59,516 bases of DNA, filler included, from Sphacelaria rigidula (GCA_964200075.2; 9 parts of 9 records of this genome joined end to end with filler, not necessarily neighbours in it); one strand, 5' to 3'. Numbered from the whole stretch's first letter, positions 24,260-37,208 are shown. The notes: a model not told the origin generated them from the sequence alone. Numbers and translations: made by a program.

Positions 24260-25000
24260 GACGAGCCTTGGAACGGACTCTACTTTTATGAAAACGACAT
24301 AGAATTGGGAAGACATAGCACCCTTCGACAGTTTGTACAGACGAAAAAAGCAGTCGGAACGAAGCGTCCCGAACCCAGGGAACAGAAAGTCGGATACCCG
24401 TAGGTCGGAAACGGGTAAATGACCTATCCAAAATGGAATGTAGTATGGCCCCGTGTACTCGCCGTTGCGTCTTCCGTGAAGATTTTCTCACCCGCGGTGG
24501 AACTTCTTGCAGTACAGCAAGCGAGCGCTCCGCGGACACGAATCCATCATCCAATCCCATGCCTGGCTGATCCACGGAGAAACACATGACGATTTCCGCT
24601 TCCTCGTCTTCCTCTGTTTCCTGAGGGTACGTGAAAGACCATGCACGTAAATACCAGAGAATATTGAATCTGCATGAAAAAAGTGTCGCCAGAGATACGG
24701 TCTTACTCGGGCACGACGAAAGTCACTTTTTTACGAAGCAGTTCGTTTCGACAATACTCTTCATGACTTCTGTGTACCTCTACCGTGCGCTGTCAACCCA
24801 TATTCAAAATGGGTATCAGCATTCTTTGTATTTAAATTTATTGGCTTGCGACAGATATTGTCGTTCCCGCGTGTTCACTCTTGCACATGCGTCAACGGCA
24901 CTCTCCACACCCCGACTACCCTTCAGACTGGTTCCCAGATAAGTCCCCCGAACGTTCTTGGGACAGTCCCAGCCTCTTGTGGCCAGCATTTTGAAAAAAA
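24260..25000 (-). pseudogene. Possible decayed DNA-transposase N-terminus (BED-finger-like)
   Basis: The minus-strand peptide PLTHV..NICRKPINLNTKNADTHF..LTAH resembles a BED zinc finger. Multiple stops. Confidence 0.22.
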
Positions 25001-26542
25001 CTACGACCCGGAAACGATTGAGGGGAATAAAGAACTTTCCGCGACATGAGAGAAAAACAACAGCAAGCTAGTGTTCCGCTTCTTTGTTCGTGCTCATTCT
25101 GTCACCTGCTCACCAACGCTCTCCACTCCACATTGGGAATCATCCTCTAGATCGTCCTCTAGATCGTTCTCCGGATCGCTCCTGAAACTAGCACTACTCT
25201 CGTCCGCATTACTTCCTCCTACTTTATTTCCCCCCCCTGCCCCTGGCTCCAAGACATTAACTGCCCGCCCGCCCCCCTCCAGTTCACCGTTAGATGAGGC
25301 ATCACTACCTCCGCCGCTTCCGCTTTCCCGGCATTTGCTAGCTGCTCCATATGTTCGGCGCGCACACAATGAAGGTGGACGGAGGTACGGCAGGGCATTC
25401 ACCATGACGATCGAGAACAAGATGAACCTCGCCGGCCCCAACTCGTAGGTCACAGTTGAGGCTTGCCTCATAAAGCGGGGATTTTCAACAAAGGAAGTCA
25501 CCCTTACATAAGGGTAGACGCAGCAAAGTGAATGCCCCCGGTGCTTCCAGGCGGCCCATCTACTACCATCCGCCGCGGCCACCCCCCCGTGGGGTTCGCT
25601 CTAGGTATGATCGAGTGGTTGGTTGTTGGAGCGATTTGATTTTCTCACATATATGGATCTGCTACGAATACGGCCGTTGTCACGAGATAGACGCATTTTC
25701 AAGTTTAAAAAGGCGCAGCGGCAACAAGATCAGTGGACGGCAGTCCTTGCTAAGAAAAAAGTCGAGTATGAAATACATGACCTAAAGAGCATGAAAAATA
25801 CATCGGAGCCAATAGGTGGGACAGGCGAGCGTCGATTTCGATTTAGGGTTGATGAAGTACCAAACGCTACGGAAAAGGATATCACCGGGGCCGATGTGAC
25901 GTCGAACCGTGACTTTCACTAGACAAAAGAGCCCCTGAGTGCCGTGAGCTCTCGTTGAAATTTCGTGGAAGAAATGGTCTACAACTACCCTCCCGCGTAT
26001 CATAGCATGGCTCATGTATTGCATTATTACCACAGTATACCGGGAAATGGTTGATGCCCATAAGAGCCTGTGCAGTGCTGAAAACCACCTTTCGGACTCA
26101 TGACCCTCATCTCATCTCTGGAATTACTTGTACCGTACTCCCCAATATGCGGACAGGTGCAGGCTGCAAATAGATGAAGGATACTAGTGACGAGGAGCAG
26201 CCGTCGTTTTCCCCCTGAGCAAAGCATACCAGGTGCACATTGAAAACATTCAGGAACTAAGGGTGGTGTGTGCAGACGATCACCGGCCATTTCCCGGACT
26301 AATAGGTACATCGCGAGAAAATAGAATTGACTCGCCGTTCTCCATGCCAACACGTGGAACCACAAACTTACGGAGACGTAGTAGATACGTTCAGCTCTTN
26401 NNNNNNNNNNNNNNNNNNNNNNNNNNNNNNNNNNNNNNNNNNNTTAATTAATTAANNNNNNNNNNNNNNNNNNNNNNNNNNNNNNNNNNNNNNNNNNNNC
26501 CTAAGCAAGAGCTGGATAGGGTAGAGTGTTTTGTGGTGTTCT

Positions 26543-26576
<34 letters not shown>

Positions 26577-26599
26577 GATTTGTCCGGCCACAGCTGCCC

Positions 26600-27750
26600 G
26601 ACCCGTGATAACATCACAAAAAACAGTACCGACAGCACAGCAGTAGCGCTCTGCCTTGCTCTTAGATTGACACCTTCATTGTGTTTTCAAACACAACTTC
26701 GTGTGCAGCATTGTAACGCTTGGATTTTACGTGGGGTGAATTCTGTCCGACAATCTCGCAGCTGTTGATGAAGTTTTTGATGCTCTGTCCTGTCAAGTAC
26801 AGCGCAATGGCCGTTAGTGAGCACATTGTTGCGTTGGTAGCTGGCACGCACATCAAAACAGCACGCGATCGGCTGGTTCTGCCTAACTCAGTGCATTCGC
26901 ACAAGCAATAGAACCATACACCGTACCAACTTAAAGTTTGCGGAAGACCAAACCAGGTAAAAATAAATCGGATGTAAAGCCCTCGGGCCCCAGAATTCAT
27001 TTCGGAACAATATATTCGGCTGGCCACCAACTCCCCACACCAACGCTATTTAGTAGCTGAGCATTTTTTCTTGGCGAATTCCTTCCCCGAAGCAGTTGTT
27101 TTCTACGTATTTCCAGTGATCCACTGAGGGGCCACCTCTGTGTTTTCCTTTTCGATCATATGGAGGCTTTCCAAATATTGACTCACTTCGATACTTACGT
27201 TCCAGTCGCATCATGTTCTGTAGTGTCAATTATACTAGCTTAAGAGCCGATGTCATCGTGGCAAGAGGAGTAATCACAGTCAGCACAACAGGTCGCTCAG
27301 CAGTCGTGCTAGTGAGGTGAAGAAATCAGCACCACGCAGGAGGAACACCACTGCGCATGTCGCAAGCGGCTGCAATTGAAACCGTGGCTCTGACCAGTAC
27401 AGGGCGAAGTTGGCAACGTATTCTCGTAGGTTCAACCCCCGCCCTGCCTGTGCGCACTATTATGAAGCAGTATTGTTTGCTGGTTGAGTGTGATGACTGC
27501 GCACCATCCACAGCATTGACGCCTTTGGCAATGGCTGTGTCGGCGTCATTTTTCACATGACCTTTTTAGCGTCACGACTCCGCCGTGAATTGCACGTAAA
27601 TGAGCGTGGGATCTCCATCAAGTGTGCGTTCGCCCTAGTTGGCGCACGCAGAACTGTAAGGCCGCCTCCTCCGTTTGAGTGATTGTACCTTCGGCGCAGC
27701 TACAAAGTATAATTGAGTGAGTCTCTGTGTATGGACAACATCTGACCCTT
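26600..27750 (-). mobile_element. Probable decayed Crypton-type tyrosine-recombinase transposon
   Basis: Ordered motifs: SHSTSKQY; LQNMMRLERKYR..YDRKGKHRGG; SRIY..NSGARGLYIR (catalytic Arg box); LGRTSRS...TMCSLTAIALYL (compare GKTN...CP+GALA.YL). Frameshifted, and the C-terminus is lost near the contig end. Confidence 0.45.
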
Positions 27751-29011
27751 TGGCATACATGCAGACTTGTACTTTTGCACGTATAATGTAACGTGCTGAG
27801 ATCGTCAGATACTCCGCAAGACCTCGGCGCCGTGAAAGTGGGGCAATCACCGAATTTCAGTGTACAGACTCTCCAGCAGCATACTCGAAGTTGGTATACG
27901 GAGAAGAATACCGGACTTCCCACCCCTGGGGCTGCCAGACTATTACCTGTCCCTGACGCTAAGTTCTGGTACGGTCTGTAGGGGGGCGTTGCCCCCTTGG
28001 CAGGTACGTTTGCAAGGGCCCTTGCCAAATAGCACTGTGCGCGCGACAGGGGCTTGACGTACACATGTCAAGCGAATTGAAGCGGGAACGTTCAACTCCG
28101 AACCCTCATGGGTACAAGGGGGCCTAAACCATGCTTCTCCGCTGTGTTTCGTTGAGCCTTCATCCATAACCGGACAAAGAATCATAATTAAGCTGCCAGG
28201 ATTCGGTGCTGTCTGCGTGCCCGATTGATACCGTACCCCCTATACTGTCATTAGACAGACGGTGGTGAATAAAATTGAAACAACAACGCATCGGTGGTAT
28301 CCACGGTTTCAATGCACGCCGCGCACTCAGCTGCTTGCGCTACTAGTCCTGTGACTGTGATACGTTGCTGTGGTTCCAGCCAACACATGGTCAAAGTTTC
28401 GGCCTCGTCACACACGAAGTGCGCCTCGTCTCCACGCCTAACCGCCTCCATAATATCAAGAAGGAATAACACTGATCTGCAGGGTTTGGCGTCAAAGAGG
28501 TCGATCCTTGAAACACCTACAGTTTCTGTTACGAGATCTTATCGCTGTCAATCCCGCGAGTTTTTCGGGAAGTGGCTTTTGAAGGTGTTCGTAGATGGGC
28601 GCCGTATGGATCTAGGCGGCAGGAGGAACTGATGCGAAACTAAAATTTTAGCAATTAGGCGCGCGGTAACCTCTTGGCTTGGGTGCTCATAGAGGGTGCG
28701 CTTGTTTTCCCTCCATTCATCATTCTATGTGTGAGCTGATATCTCGCTACATATATGACCACATGCGCTGGTTATCGCCGACACTGCTTTACTGTCTGTA
28801 CTTTGCCGGCAGTATGCTGCTGGTCGGGGCTCATGTGCGAATGACTACAACGCGCGGCATGTGCGTAGCAACTGCCTCTCATTTGTAGACGCTGTCTCCA
28901 CCGACAAAAGACATCACCATCCTCCCTCCATAGCCCTTCGATTTAGTGCTCAAAATCGGACGTTCAAAGGGTCAACGCATCCCAGCGATTGGGGGTACTG
29001 AATAGAAACAC

Positions 29012-29320
29012 GAAGGTTGTGTTCTGTAGGGTACAGGTTTTTGATACCCGGCGTATTTTCTCGGGTATTACCGGTACCGGACAGTTCTGTGACTTCTGTA
29101 AGACTTTCACACGAGTACCCAATAGTACTGTAACTGCTGTAGGGCTTTTATATCTGTACCCGATAATTCCGTAAGTTCCGTAAGCCTCCCATACTCCTTC
29201 CCAGGATAAGGGTATACCCTTGTAGATGTACCCGATGCAGGTACGAGCACAGGTATGTACCCTGGGCAGGTATGGATATAGGTTTAACCCCGACACAATC
29301 TGATAACCTGAACTTGTACC
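29012..29320. mobile_element. MITE family CAAGGTTGTGTTCTGTAGGGTA (truncated)
   Basis: GAAGGTTGTGTTCTGTAGGGTAC terminus and CAGTTCTGT repeats. Confidence 0.75.
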
Positions 29321-29477
29321 CCAAACCCCCATCAACCATCCCCCCGTCATTCACTCGACATAATGTTGAAGGTGTCTCTATTAGGAGTAGGAGCGATGCT
29401 CGGTCTCGAAAGGGATGTGTGGTCAATGGTCAAACGACTGAGGCAAGTACCAAATGAGTACGCCCTCGTCAAATGAA

Positions 29478-31115
29478 CCCTTATGGAACTCACAATGGAA
29501 AATTGATCGTTTGCAATTGACGGTTTTTGAGCAAGATATGGTCAATGGTTCACAGCTTAGACGCAAATTTTTTGGCCCAACGCGTATTTTTCAGACCCGT
29601 GCGAGTGACAAGTGGAACAAGAGAAGGTTTCCTATTTTCTTGCTGCGACCCATCGGCGTTTTTTGTCTACACTCATGAGCTCCTTCCCCGGCCACAGTGC
29701 GCGGCAATGAAGCATGCTTCCCGCCTGTCCTGCACGCCCTTCCCGCTGCAGTTTATACTCTTTGCAGCTTCATAGCAACAAGGGCAACGCCGATTGCACA
29801 TTCGCCATCTTTATGAACTGGCGATATAATACAATCCCAGGCAGTCACCTTTCCGTGCCGCCAGTGGTGCTGCGATACTGCCCTGTACAGTACTGAGTGT
29901 ATTTACAGCAGTTTGGGGTAATCTCGACTGCACACTCATGTCATGCACAACATCGCGATCATGCACGTTCCGACAGCATCATCCCGCCGTTTGAAAAAAT
30001 GCGTAAAGGCGACGCAGACGCCATGTGCCCTGCAATTATGCACCGTCACTGTGATGTAGAGTCTGCCGAGTGCCATCGCCCCAGAGGTGATGCCTTCCTG
30101 CTTCGTGTCATGTCTGTATTATATTTTGAAAATATATCGAAAAAATCTCTGTCAAACGCGAGGCATGCACAGAACTGCGCTCTGCCAAGCACGTGCAGAC
30201 AACATATACTGCGGGTTGACTATTGCATAACGGCGTAGCGAAAGGCAAAGTTGCCCCACCACATCTATACCGCGGGTTGATCGTTCCCGACCGTTGCACA
30301 GACATACTTCATGCTGCATGAGATTCATGACGCCGGCTACCGCTATCGTCTCGTGCCGTCTACTCTCGTGACCGACTTTTCACATGCCTATATTTATCTT
30401 GCACGGAGTGTAGCCGCAAGTCAATAGTGCAACCTACTGTATTTACTGACTGTAAAACATTCCATTAAAAAAACAGCAATGGGCTCCAGGGTCCAACCAG
30501 GCACGTCGGTATATTACCATTTGTAGATATTGGAAGCACCGCTTTGAAGGGCTGCAGCATCGGGTGGCTTGATTACGGCAGGCGGTGCCCGTTGGCTCCC
30601 TTCCGTGTGCATGTATATCGCCTGAGCGGACGCCTACGATCACGCCCGCCATGTACCGCCCGCACAACCCACTGTGCCTTCCACATTTGGTGACGAGATT
30701 TCGCTGGGATCAGCCATACTATGCTGTATGTACGATGTGGCTTGGCAAACTCGCCACCCGATGCTGCAGCCCGTCAAAGCGGTGCTTCCCGTATCTACAA
30801 ATGGTAATATACCGACGTGCCTAGTTGGACCCTGGAGCCCATTGCTGTTTTTTTGTTGGAATGTTTCATAGTGGTTTTGCTGATTATTGTCGTTGGATAC
30901 AATTGGACATACTGCATCCATTGCGTGGTATGATTGGACAAACCTTACCCAATTTCTCCAGGGAGGTATTCTCTCCAGGGAGGATATTCTTCTTCGGTCT
31001 TCCACTATAAAAATGGTTGCCGTCGGCCTTTCCTGTTTCCATGTTTTCCTCTCCATCAGGGCTTCTCATAATAAGGCGTTTGGCCAGGGGACAGGAGGGG
31101 AGGGTTCCAAAAGGG
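29478..31115. mobile_element. Non-autonomous piggyBac-like element (~1.64 kb)
   Basis: The right end GGGTTCCAAAAGGG|TTAA is identical to that of the MITE at 53009-53126. The left end TGAA|CCCTTATGGAACTCA is a decayed counterpart. Confidence 0.55.
30455..30867. repeat. Long inverted repeat (~115-bp arms, ~180-nt spacer)
   Basis: 30455-30569 is close to the reverse complement of 30753-30867. Confidence 0.92.
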
Positions 31116-31330
31116 TTAATACACCCACGAAAATTCGAATATGTAAACGTCGTACACTGACGGGTTACGGGGTACCGTTGAGTGGAAACACGAAATACGC
31201 AGCAATGCAGGCCGTCAGGATGGATTACCCCCAGAATCGAGGGGTGGCTCGACTGGGGGGCGGTTCGTCTGCGCCACCATGGGGATCAAGGAGCTAGGTG
31301 CAGGTCATCGACGTTGATGGTGGTCGTGTC

Positions 31331-31789
31331 CAAGGTTGTGTTCTTGAGGGTACGGTTCTGCATGCCCAGGCTACATTCCCGGGCATTTTACCCGTACCCG
31401 ACAGTTTTTTTACTTCTGTAAGGCTTTGAAACCGTTACCCGACAGCTCTAAAAAACTCAGAGTTTCACACCCGTACCCGGTAGTTTTGTAATTTTTGTAA
31501 GACTTTCATACCGGTACCCGATAGTTCTGTGAGTTCTGTAAGCCTCCTATATCCTCACCCGACAATTCTGTAAGTTCTGTACAAAATAAATACCCTTGCC
31601 CGTGGCGCAGGGATACCCTTGTAAAAATACCCGGTTGCGGATCCGGTTTTTCTGTGCATCATTCATACCCACCCGACAAGCTCTGTCACTTCTATAGGAC
31701 TTTCATACCGATACCTGATAGTTTTGTAACTTCTGTAAGGAATATCATACCCTACCGAACATACCCGTACCATACAGAACACGGCCTTG
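31331..31789. mobile_element. MITE family CAAGGTTGTGTTCTGTAGGGTA (both TIRs)
   Basis: CAAGGTTGTGTTCTTGAGGGTAC ... GTACCATACAGAACACGGCCTTG. Confidence 0.85.
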
Positions 31790-31899
31790 AAAATCACCGT
31801 TCCCCACATTCCCTCACCAATGACGGGAAGCTCCTTGAAAATCCAGGAGCAACAAGCAAGCTGAACGCCATCCCCATCTAATTGGCATGAACACCCTCT

Positions 31900-32260
31900 C
31901 CTGTAGTTGCTTCTTGTTTTATTTCGCGTATTTCGCATATTTCACATATTTCCGTGCTTGAGGGCATTTCGATCGTGCGTTTCCCTCACGCGCACCCGTT
32001 GCTTTGCGTATTTATTTATTTTGCATGTCTCCGTTGTTCATATTGCATTTGATTACTGATACAGGACTTAGTCTGATATGTCGTTCTGTTCGACCACTCT
32101 CTTTTTTCTTCTTTTACTGTTCCTGTTTTTTTCTTCTATTTTTCCATTTTTTTCCTCAGAGCGTGTTTGAGTTTCATTTTTCTTGGGTACGTCTATCATG
32201 AGACCACGGCTGGACCCCGGGGGGGTCAGTTAAAGTGCGTCAATCAATCAATTAATCAAA
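31900..32260 (+). mobile_element. 3' end of a non-LTR retroelement with a (CAAT)n tail
   Basis: CACGGCTGGA..GGGGTCAGTTAAAGTGCGTCAATCAATCAAT. A similar terminus lies at 56420-56475. Confidence 0.55.
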
Positions 32261-32609
32261 CAGGAAGGAGGAAAATGACCCCCTCCCACCCCCAAACCCC
32301 TCTCATGAGGTCATGTTTTAAGTTCGGAACTGCAGCAGTTACGCGATACGGAGTGATCCCGAGCGTGAGGTGCTCATCTGTAAAATGGCCCAAGGTGAAG
32401 CACATTTCATCCCCAAGTGTGACAAAATATGCATATTTTTTGCGTACTTGATACTGCACATGTTTTCCATGTTTTTGGTCACGTGTTTGGCAACACGCAG
32501 GTGTTTGAGCGTTTCAGACCATTGCTGGGGACAGGCCTACTACTCCCTTTCCCGTAATGTATGCCTTCACTCTCGATCACGGCTTCATTTGAAATCCTCA
32601 AATCATCAG

Positions 32610-32795
32610 GTAGCAGAGCTCAAAGCTGAGCTCGCAAAGAGAGGTCTGGAGGTGAAAGGAAACAAGGCAGATCTGGCGCAACGCCTCCAGGCCGCACTGG
32701 ATGCAGAGGAATTCAGCATACCCGGGATGGCGGCTGCTGTGTCGGCCGTCGCGGAGCAGCCCTCCGCGGAACCCGTGGCGATAGATGCATCTGCG
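32610..32795 (+). CDS. Internal exon of a SAP-domain protein (possibly SARNP/Tho1/MOS11-like)
   Basis: VAELKAELAKRGLEVKGNKADLAQRLQAAL is a canonical SAP motif. Bounded by CAG| and |GTGAGC; 186 nt, phase 0-0. Other exons were not located. Confidence 0.88.
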
Positions 32796-33129
32796 GTGAG
32801 CAACTTCTCTTGTTAGGACTCCCATAAGAGAAGTGACGGGTTCCGCGGTAAACCGACAGAAGTACTGTAATTGTCGCCCCCCTCCCCTGAGGCAGTGTAT
32901 AAGACGCGGCTGTCTCTGGAAGTGGCGATGCCAGAAAAGAAAGCAACTCATTGGAGCCTGTCATCCAAATGCAAGATAATCAGTAGGCTTCGGACCGAAC
33001 AATCTTAGCAGGACGGAGCTCACNNNNNNNNNNNNNNNNNNNNNNNNNNNNNNNNNNNNNNNNNNNNTTAATTAATTAANNNNNNNNNNNNNNNNNNNNN
33101 NNNNNNNNNNNNNNNNNNNNNNNGCCCAT

Positions 33130-33400
33130 AGAAGGGGAAAAAAAAAACAAAGAAAAAAAAAGAAAAGAAAAAAAAACAAAAAAAAAACGAAAAAAAAACA
33201 GAAGAAAAAAAAAAAGCCAAGCAAGGCAAACCAAACGAAATAAAAGGCAAAGAAAAGGAAGAGAAGGAAAAGGGAAAAGGGAAAAGGGAAAAGGGAAAGG
33301 GAAAAGAAAAAAAAAAAAGGAAAAAGAAAAAAGGGAGAAGGAAAACAAAAAAAAAGGAAAGGAAAAAGGGAAAGGGAAGGGGAAAGGGAAAGGGAAAGAA
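33130..33400. repeat. A/G-rich low-complexity tract at the contig start
   Basis: Poly-A runs and (GGGAAA)n. Confidence 0.9.
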
Positions 33401-34671
33401 ACACACACAAGGGTCTTGAAATGAAGCACTCATCACCTCGTGCGACATACAGACTTTAATTGCAATATACGGATTTACGAGATATACCGTTTCGAAAGTG
33501 AACTGCATGACCAACCAACCACTACAGTACTACTCACTGCACATATGCGCATGTGTGCGTACACAAAAACAAACGCACTTCTTTGATTCGCCTTTCCTCA
33601 TCATGTCAATTCTTTCTTCAAAAGTCTCCCGCCTTCGAACATGCGTTTATACCTTGATTCTATTGTGGGCACGTATTTCTAGTGAATCATGTACTAGAAA
33701 TTAAGAAGACAGAAGCAACTTATAGTCGGCGCAGCCGAAACAAGGAAAGAAACAACATACGAGCTGGGTCGGCCTAGATGCGGATTTAAGCTCTCAAAGC
33801 AATTTCTCATCGGCACAGACGAGTTGGGTCATTATCTTCATTTTGTATTGATCGTCTGATCATGGGGAAGGTGCCCATGTTCTCAAAAGTCTGGGCAAAT
33901 TTTTTTCTCGCTGATTAAATTCCATATCTAGTAATTACCAATCCGTACGGAGATAGCGTCTATACTAAATTAAATTCTACATGGAATCCCGAACGATATA
34001 TACAGCGGATGATGACGATTTTTGATGTGGACATTTCCTGGAGCAAGGAGAAGCGATTGATACCTCCACTTTTGCCTCATTCGTTATCTGCCTCGAGACA
34101 TGGCGCACATAAGGTTTTAAACTAAAATCAATATATTTCAAGCAGAGGCACTTGATGCACTAAATTTAGATATTGCGTCTCAGATTTGAGAGTAATGCTT
34201 TGAAACTCCGTATGGAGAATCGATAGTGCATAATGGAAATAAATTCATCATCTTTTATCTTCATTTTTTTTTTCGTTTTTTTTCTTTTTTCAAAGGAGTT
34301 TTGAGGGGAAATGGACTATTCTCTCGGACCCCATCTCAGTTTTTCAGCTCAATCTTCACACTTGAGATTTGGAACTTATCATGGAGAATTGCAAAGGTAT
34401 ACCGAAAAAAAAATGGGCCATTTATTTTTTTATTTTTTGGAGAGGTACGGGCCTTCCCGTGAAAATATGGTCTTTACTATATTAAAGCGTCCTAAGCAAG
34501 TGAATATATATATATATATATATATCAACCTTTCCCACTTTTTCTGGTTGGTGACGGCCTAGCGAGGTCCCACACAACGGTTCAAAAAACAAGTACCAAA
34601 CCTGGGCCGGTAAATGGCCTGGAAAATACTATTCCGAATTTCGCCCAGCCCGGTTCCCAAATCGCCCCTCT

Positions 34672-34910
34672 CAATTTTGCGAGTTGGACTTTGAAACTTG
34701 GTACGGAGGAAGAATAGGGCATGCTAAAAAGCTGTAGATCGGGACGCGAAGTTTTTTTCAAGCGAGTTGGCGGTATTTTTCTGATATCTAGGTACTGATT
34801 ATTGCCCCTTAACTCACGGAAAAAAAAAAAATGCAAGTCCCGATCGACAGCTTTTTAGCATGCCCTATTCTTCCTCCGTACCAAGTTTCAAAGTCCAAGT
34901 CGCAATATTG
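34672..34910. repeat. Inverted repeat / MITE (~90-bp arms) between (TA)n tracts
   Basis: TTGGACTTTGAAACTTGGTACGGAGGAAGAATAGGGCATGCTAAAAAGCTGT and its exact reverse complement at ~34846-34898. Confidence 0.9.
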
Positions 34911-35099
34911 TGGTGAGACGGGGTCTGCAAACCACAATTTCGCGTTTAGACCGGCCCAGTTCGGACATATATATATCTTATATATATATATATATATATA
35001 TATATACTTCCCCAACATTCTTTCGGTTCAATAAATTATATCGTTCTTCACCCAAGATTGTCCAGTGCTCCGGATGTTTTTTTTTCTGTCTCACTTCTA

Positions 35100-35372
35100 A
35101 CCCCTCCCCTTTCTCGAGACGAGTCTGTGGTCTCAAAGGATCAACTCATCTCTCCCACGATACACGCTTCCTTACATTTTTCATGTCGCGGATTGGATCA
35201 TGACCAACGCTCCGGCACCGCGTCAATTACTTTTTCGTTTACTTACGTGCTCACGCTTCCGATGGTGGAAATCAGATACTTGAAAGAAAAAAACATAACG
35301 TACCGGGAGTCAAACCCGCGTTCTCTGCACCCTGATGGTGTCAGTCGAACCCCTGGACCACCGGAACGCGAC
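35100..35372 (-). mobile_element. tRNA-derived SINE, family 2
   Basis: Minus-strand head GTCGCGTTCCGGTGGTCCAGGGG (A box) and GGGTTTGACTCCCGG (B box). Body shared with the other copies. Confidence 0.75.
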
Positions 35373-35959
35373 TACTCGTCACCTCTATACAAACATGGCA
35401 CGTATAATACAGGTGTGTGACCGACCGCCTGGTTTGAAAGATTTTTGAATGGCCGATCACACGTTAAAAAAACATGAAAAAAAAGTCGCTGACGAAACAT
35501 AAATGATAAAATAAATTATGCACGGGTCAGACGTCTCAGCTTGTTACGGTATTTGTTTGTTCCTATTCGTTCAACATAAAATTTGGTAATTTTTTCGTGA
35601 TACTTCAACTCCCCCTCCCTCCTCAGAACTACCCTTTGAGGGCTGGCGTCGGTTGCAAACAACGATGCTGTGAAACGCGTCACTCACTGGGTGAGCCAGG
35701 CGACCAGATAATCGATTTTGTCCTCGCTTGCGTTCGTCATCATGATGGTGGTCGAGTTAGATCGTATTGTGCGGGTCGGTGAACCTCAACTCCGCACAAG
35801 CGGGGATGATCGTACCACGTGGTGTTTGAATGGTGATATACCCATGAGGCAGTTTGGAACCCGTGGCTGTCTCTGGAAGTGGCGATACCAAAAAATGAAG
35901 CAACCTGTTCATCTCTCTCTTCGGGTACCTGTCTAAACATTTTGGTACTGCGGAGTGGA

Positions 35960-36147
35960 ATGGGCCATGACAATCAGCACCGGATGAATTTATCTTATTT
36001 TCTTTGCTACTCACCTTCTCACGTTTTCAACGACGAAAACCAGTTCCGCTAAAGAAAAAGACCTCATCCGCCGGAATTTGACTCCGCAACTTTTGTCGCC
36101 CCACCTGGCCGTTGTTGTACCCCCGTCAGATCACCGGGTAACGGCGA
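35960..36147 (-). mobile_element. SINE family 2, partial and diverged
   Basis: TTGCTACTCAC.TTCTCACGTTTT..ACGACG and ..AGATCACCGGG match the family. Confidence 0.55.
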
Positions 36148-37208
36148 CTACAAAGACGTAACATGACATTAAAACGTTGATATATATATATATATATATA
36201 CATACTCCTACGATATTTCACGCGTCGGACGGCTCATGAGCTACCGAGATAACAAGTCGAAGAGGACTCTCCGATCCATTGTTCGAGAACACAGCATACG
36301 CGACAGCTGGGTCAGAGAAAGCCGCAAGCGTTACCTTTTCCGCTACTCCGCGTTCTCGGCGCCCAGCGCTGCATGGGGCAAATTTGGAAAAGGGGGTCGA
36401 ATGAGCTAGCTCATGATCCGAATCAGTACACTAAAAAGAGGTAATATTGGGTAGCTCGTGAGCTGTGCGACGTGTGCAATATTTTTTCTTGTTCTTGGCA
36501 ATTATGGCTATTATAAATCACTCACATCTGCCAACCGGTTGTTTGTCTTGGCGCACGCCCATATCTCCTCCAGTCGTCGTCGCATCATGGACAAGGGAAC
36601 GGCAGCACACCCTACACCTTTGTCCTGCTCTCCCCCGTCGGAACCTGCGGAACCTTCGGAATGTTCCCTATTCTTACCGCCATTCTTGATTCGACTCTTC
36701 ATTTCTCGCGGTCGACGTGCTCGCGGGAACACAAACCCTGCTCCCAGCCCCCCCAGCCCCCCCCGAACAGAAACAAAATAAACGAACGAAGGGGAAAATA
36801 CCGAAAAGAATATATCGATCCGCTCGTGAATGAGCAACAGAACACACATACAGCGAGAACGAGGGAGTGAAACGCGGCTTTTGACGAACACACGAGATTG
36901 TATTTTACCGGCCATGATCCCTCCGCTGTATAGTCGCTAGCGCCCACCCAAACAAGCTAGTATTATGTAGAATACAGTTGAATACAACATAATTACTGCT
37001 GCTGCTGTTTCTACTACTGTAGTTAAGGTGATATATAGCGCCAAGCTTTAGAGCGGCGCTACGTTTACCACAAGCAAACAAAAGACGACTTCCGTATCCC
37101 TTTGCGTCTGTCCTTTCATCTATCTGCCTACCCGCCTGTCTGTCTGTTCCTATTCCTCCCTATTTCGCTCTGGCTCGCTCTGTATAGGTCGACCGATTTT
37201 ACCCTCAC

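Noticed and set aside
33068..33514. Phe-rich membrane-protein ORFs (also 10203-10604)
   Set aside because: These are translations of T-rich or A/G-rich low-complexity DNA; those at 33068-33514 also run into the N spacer.
36220..36370. Next RHD3 exon after TGCAG
   Set aside because: The phase-compatible frame stops after 8 codons (ALGAENAE*). The longer frame is out of phase and lacks Sey1 motifs.
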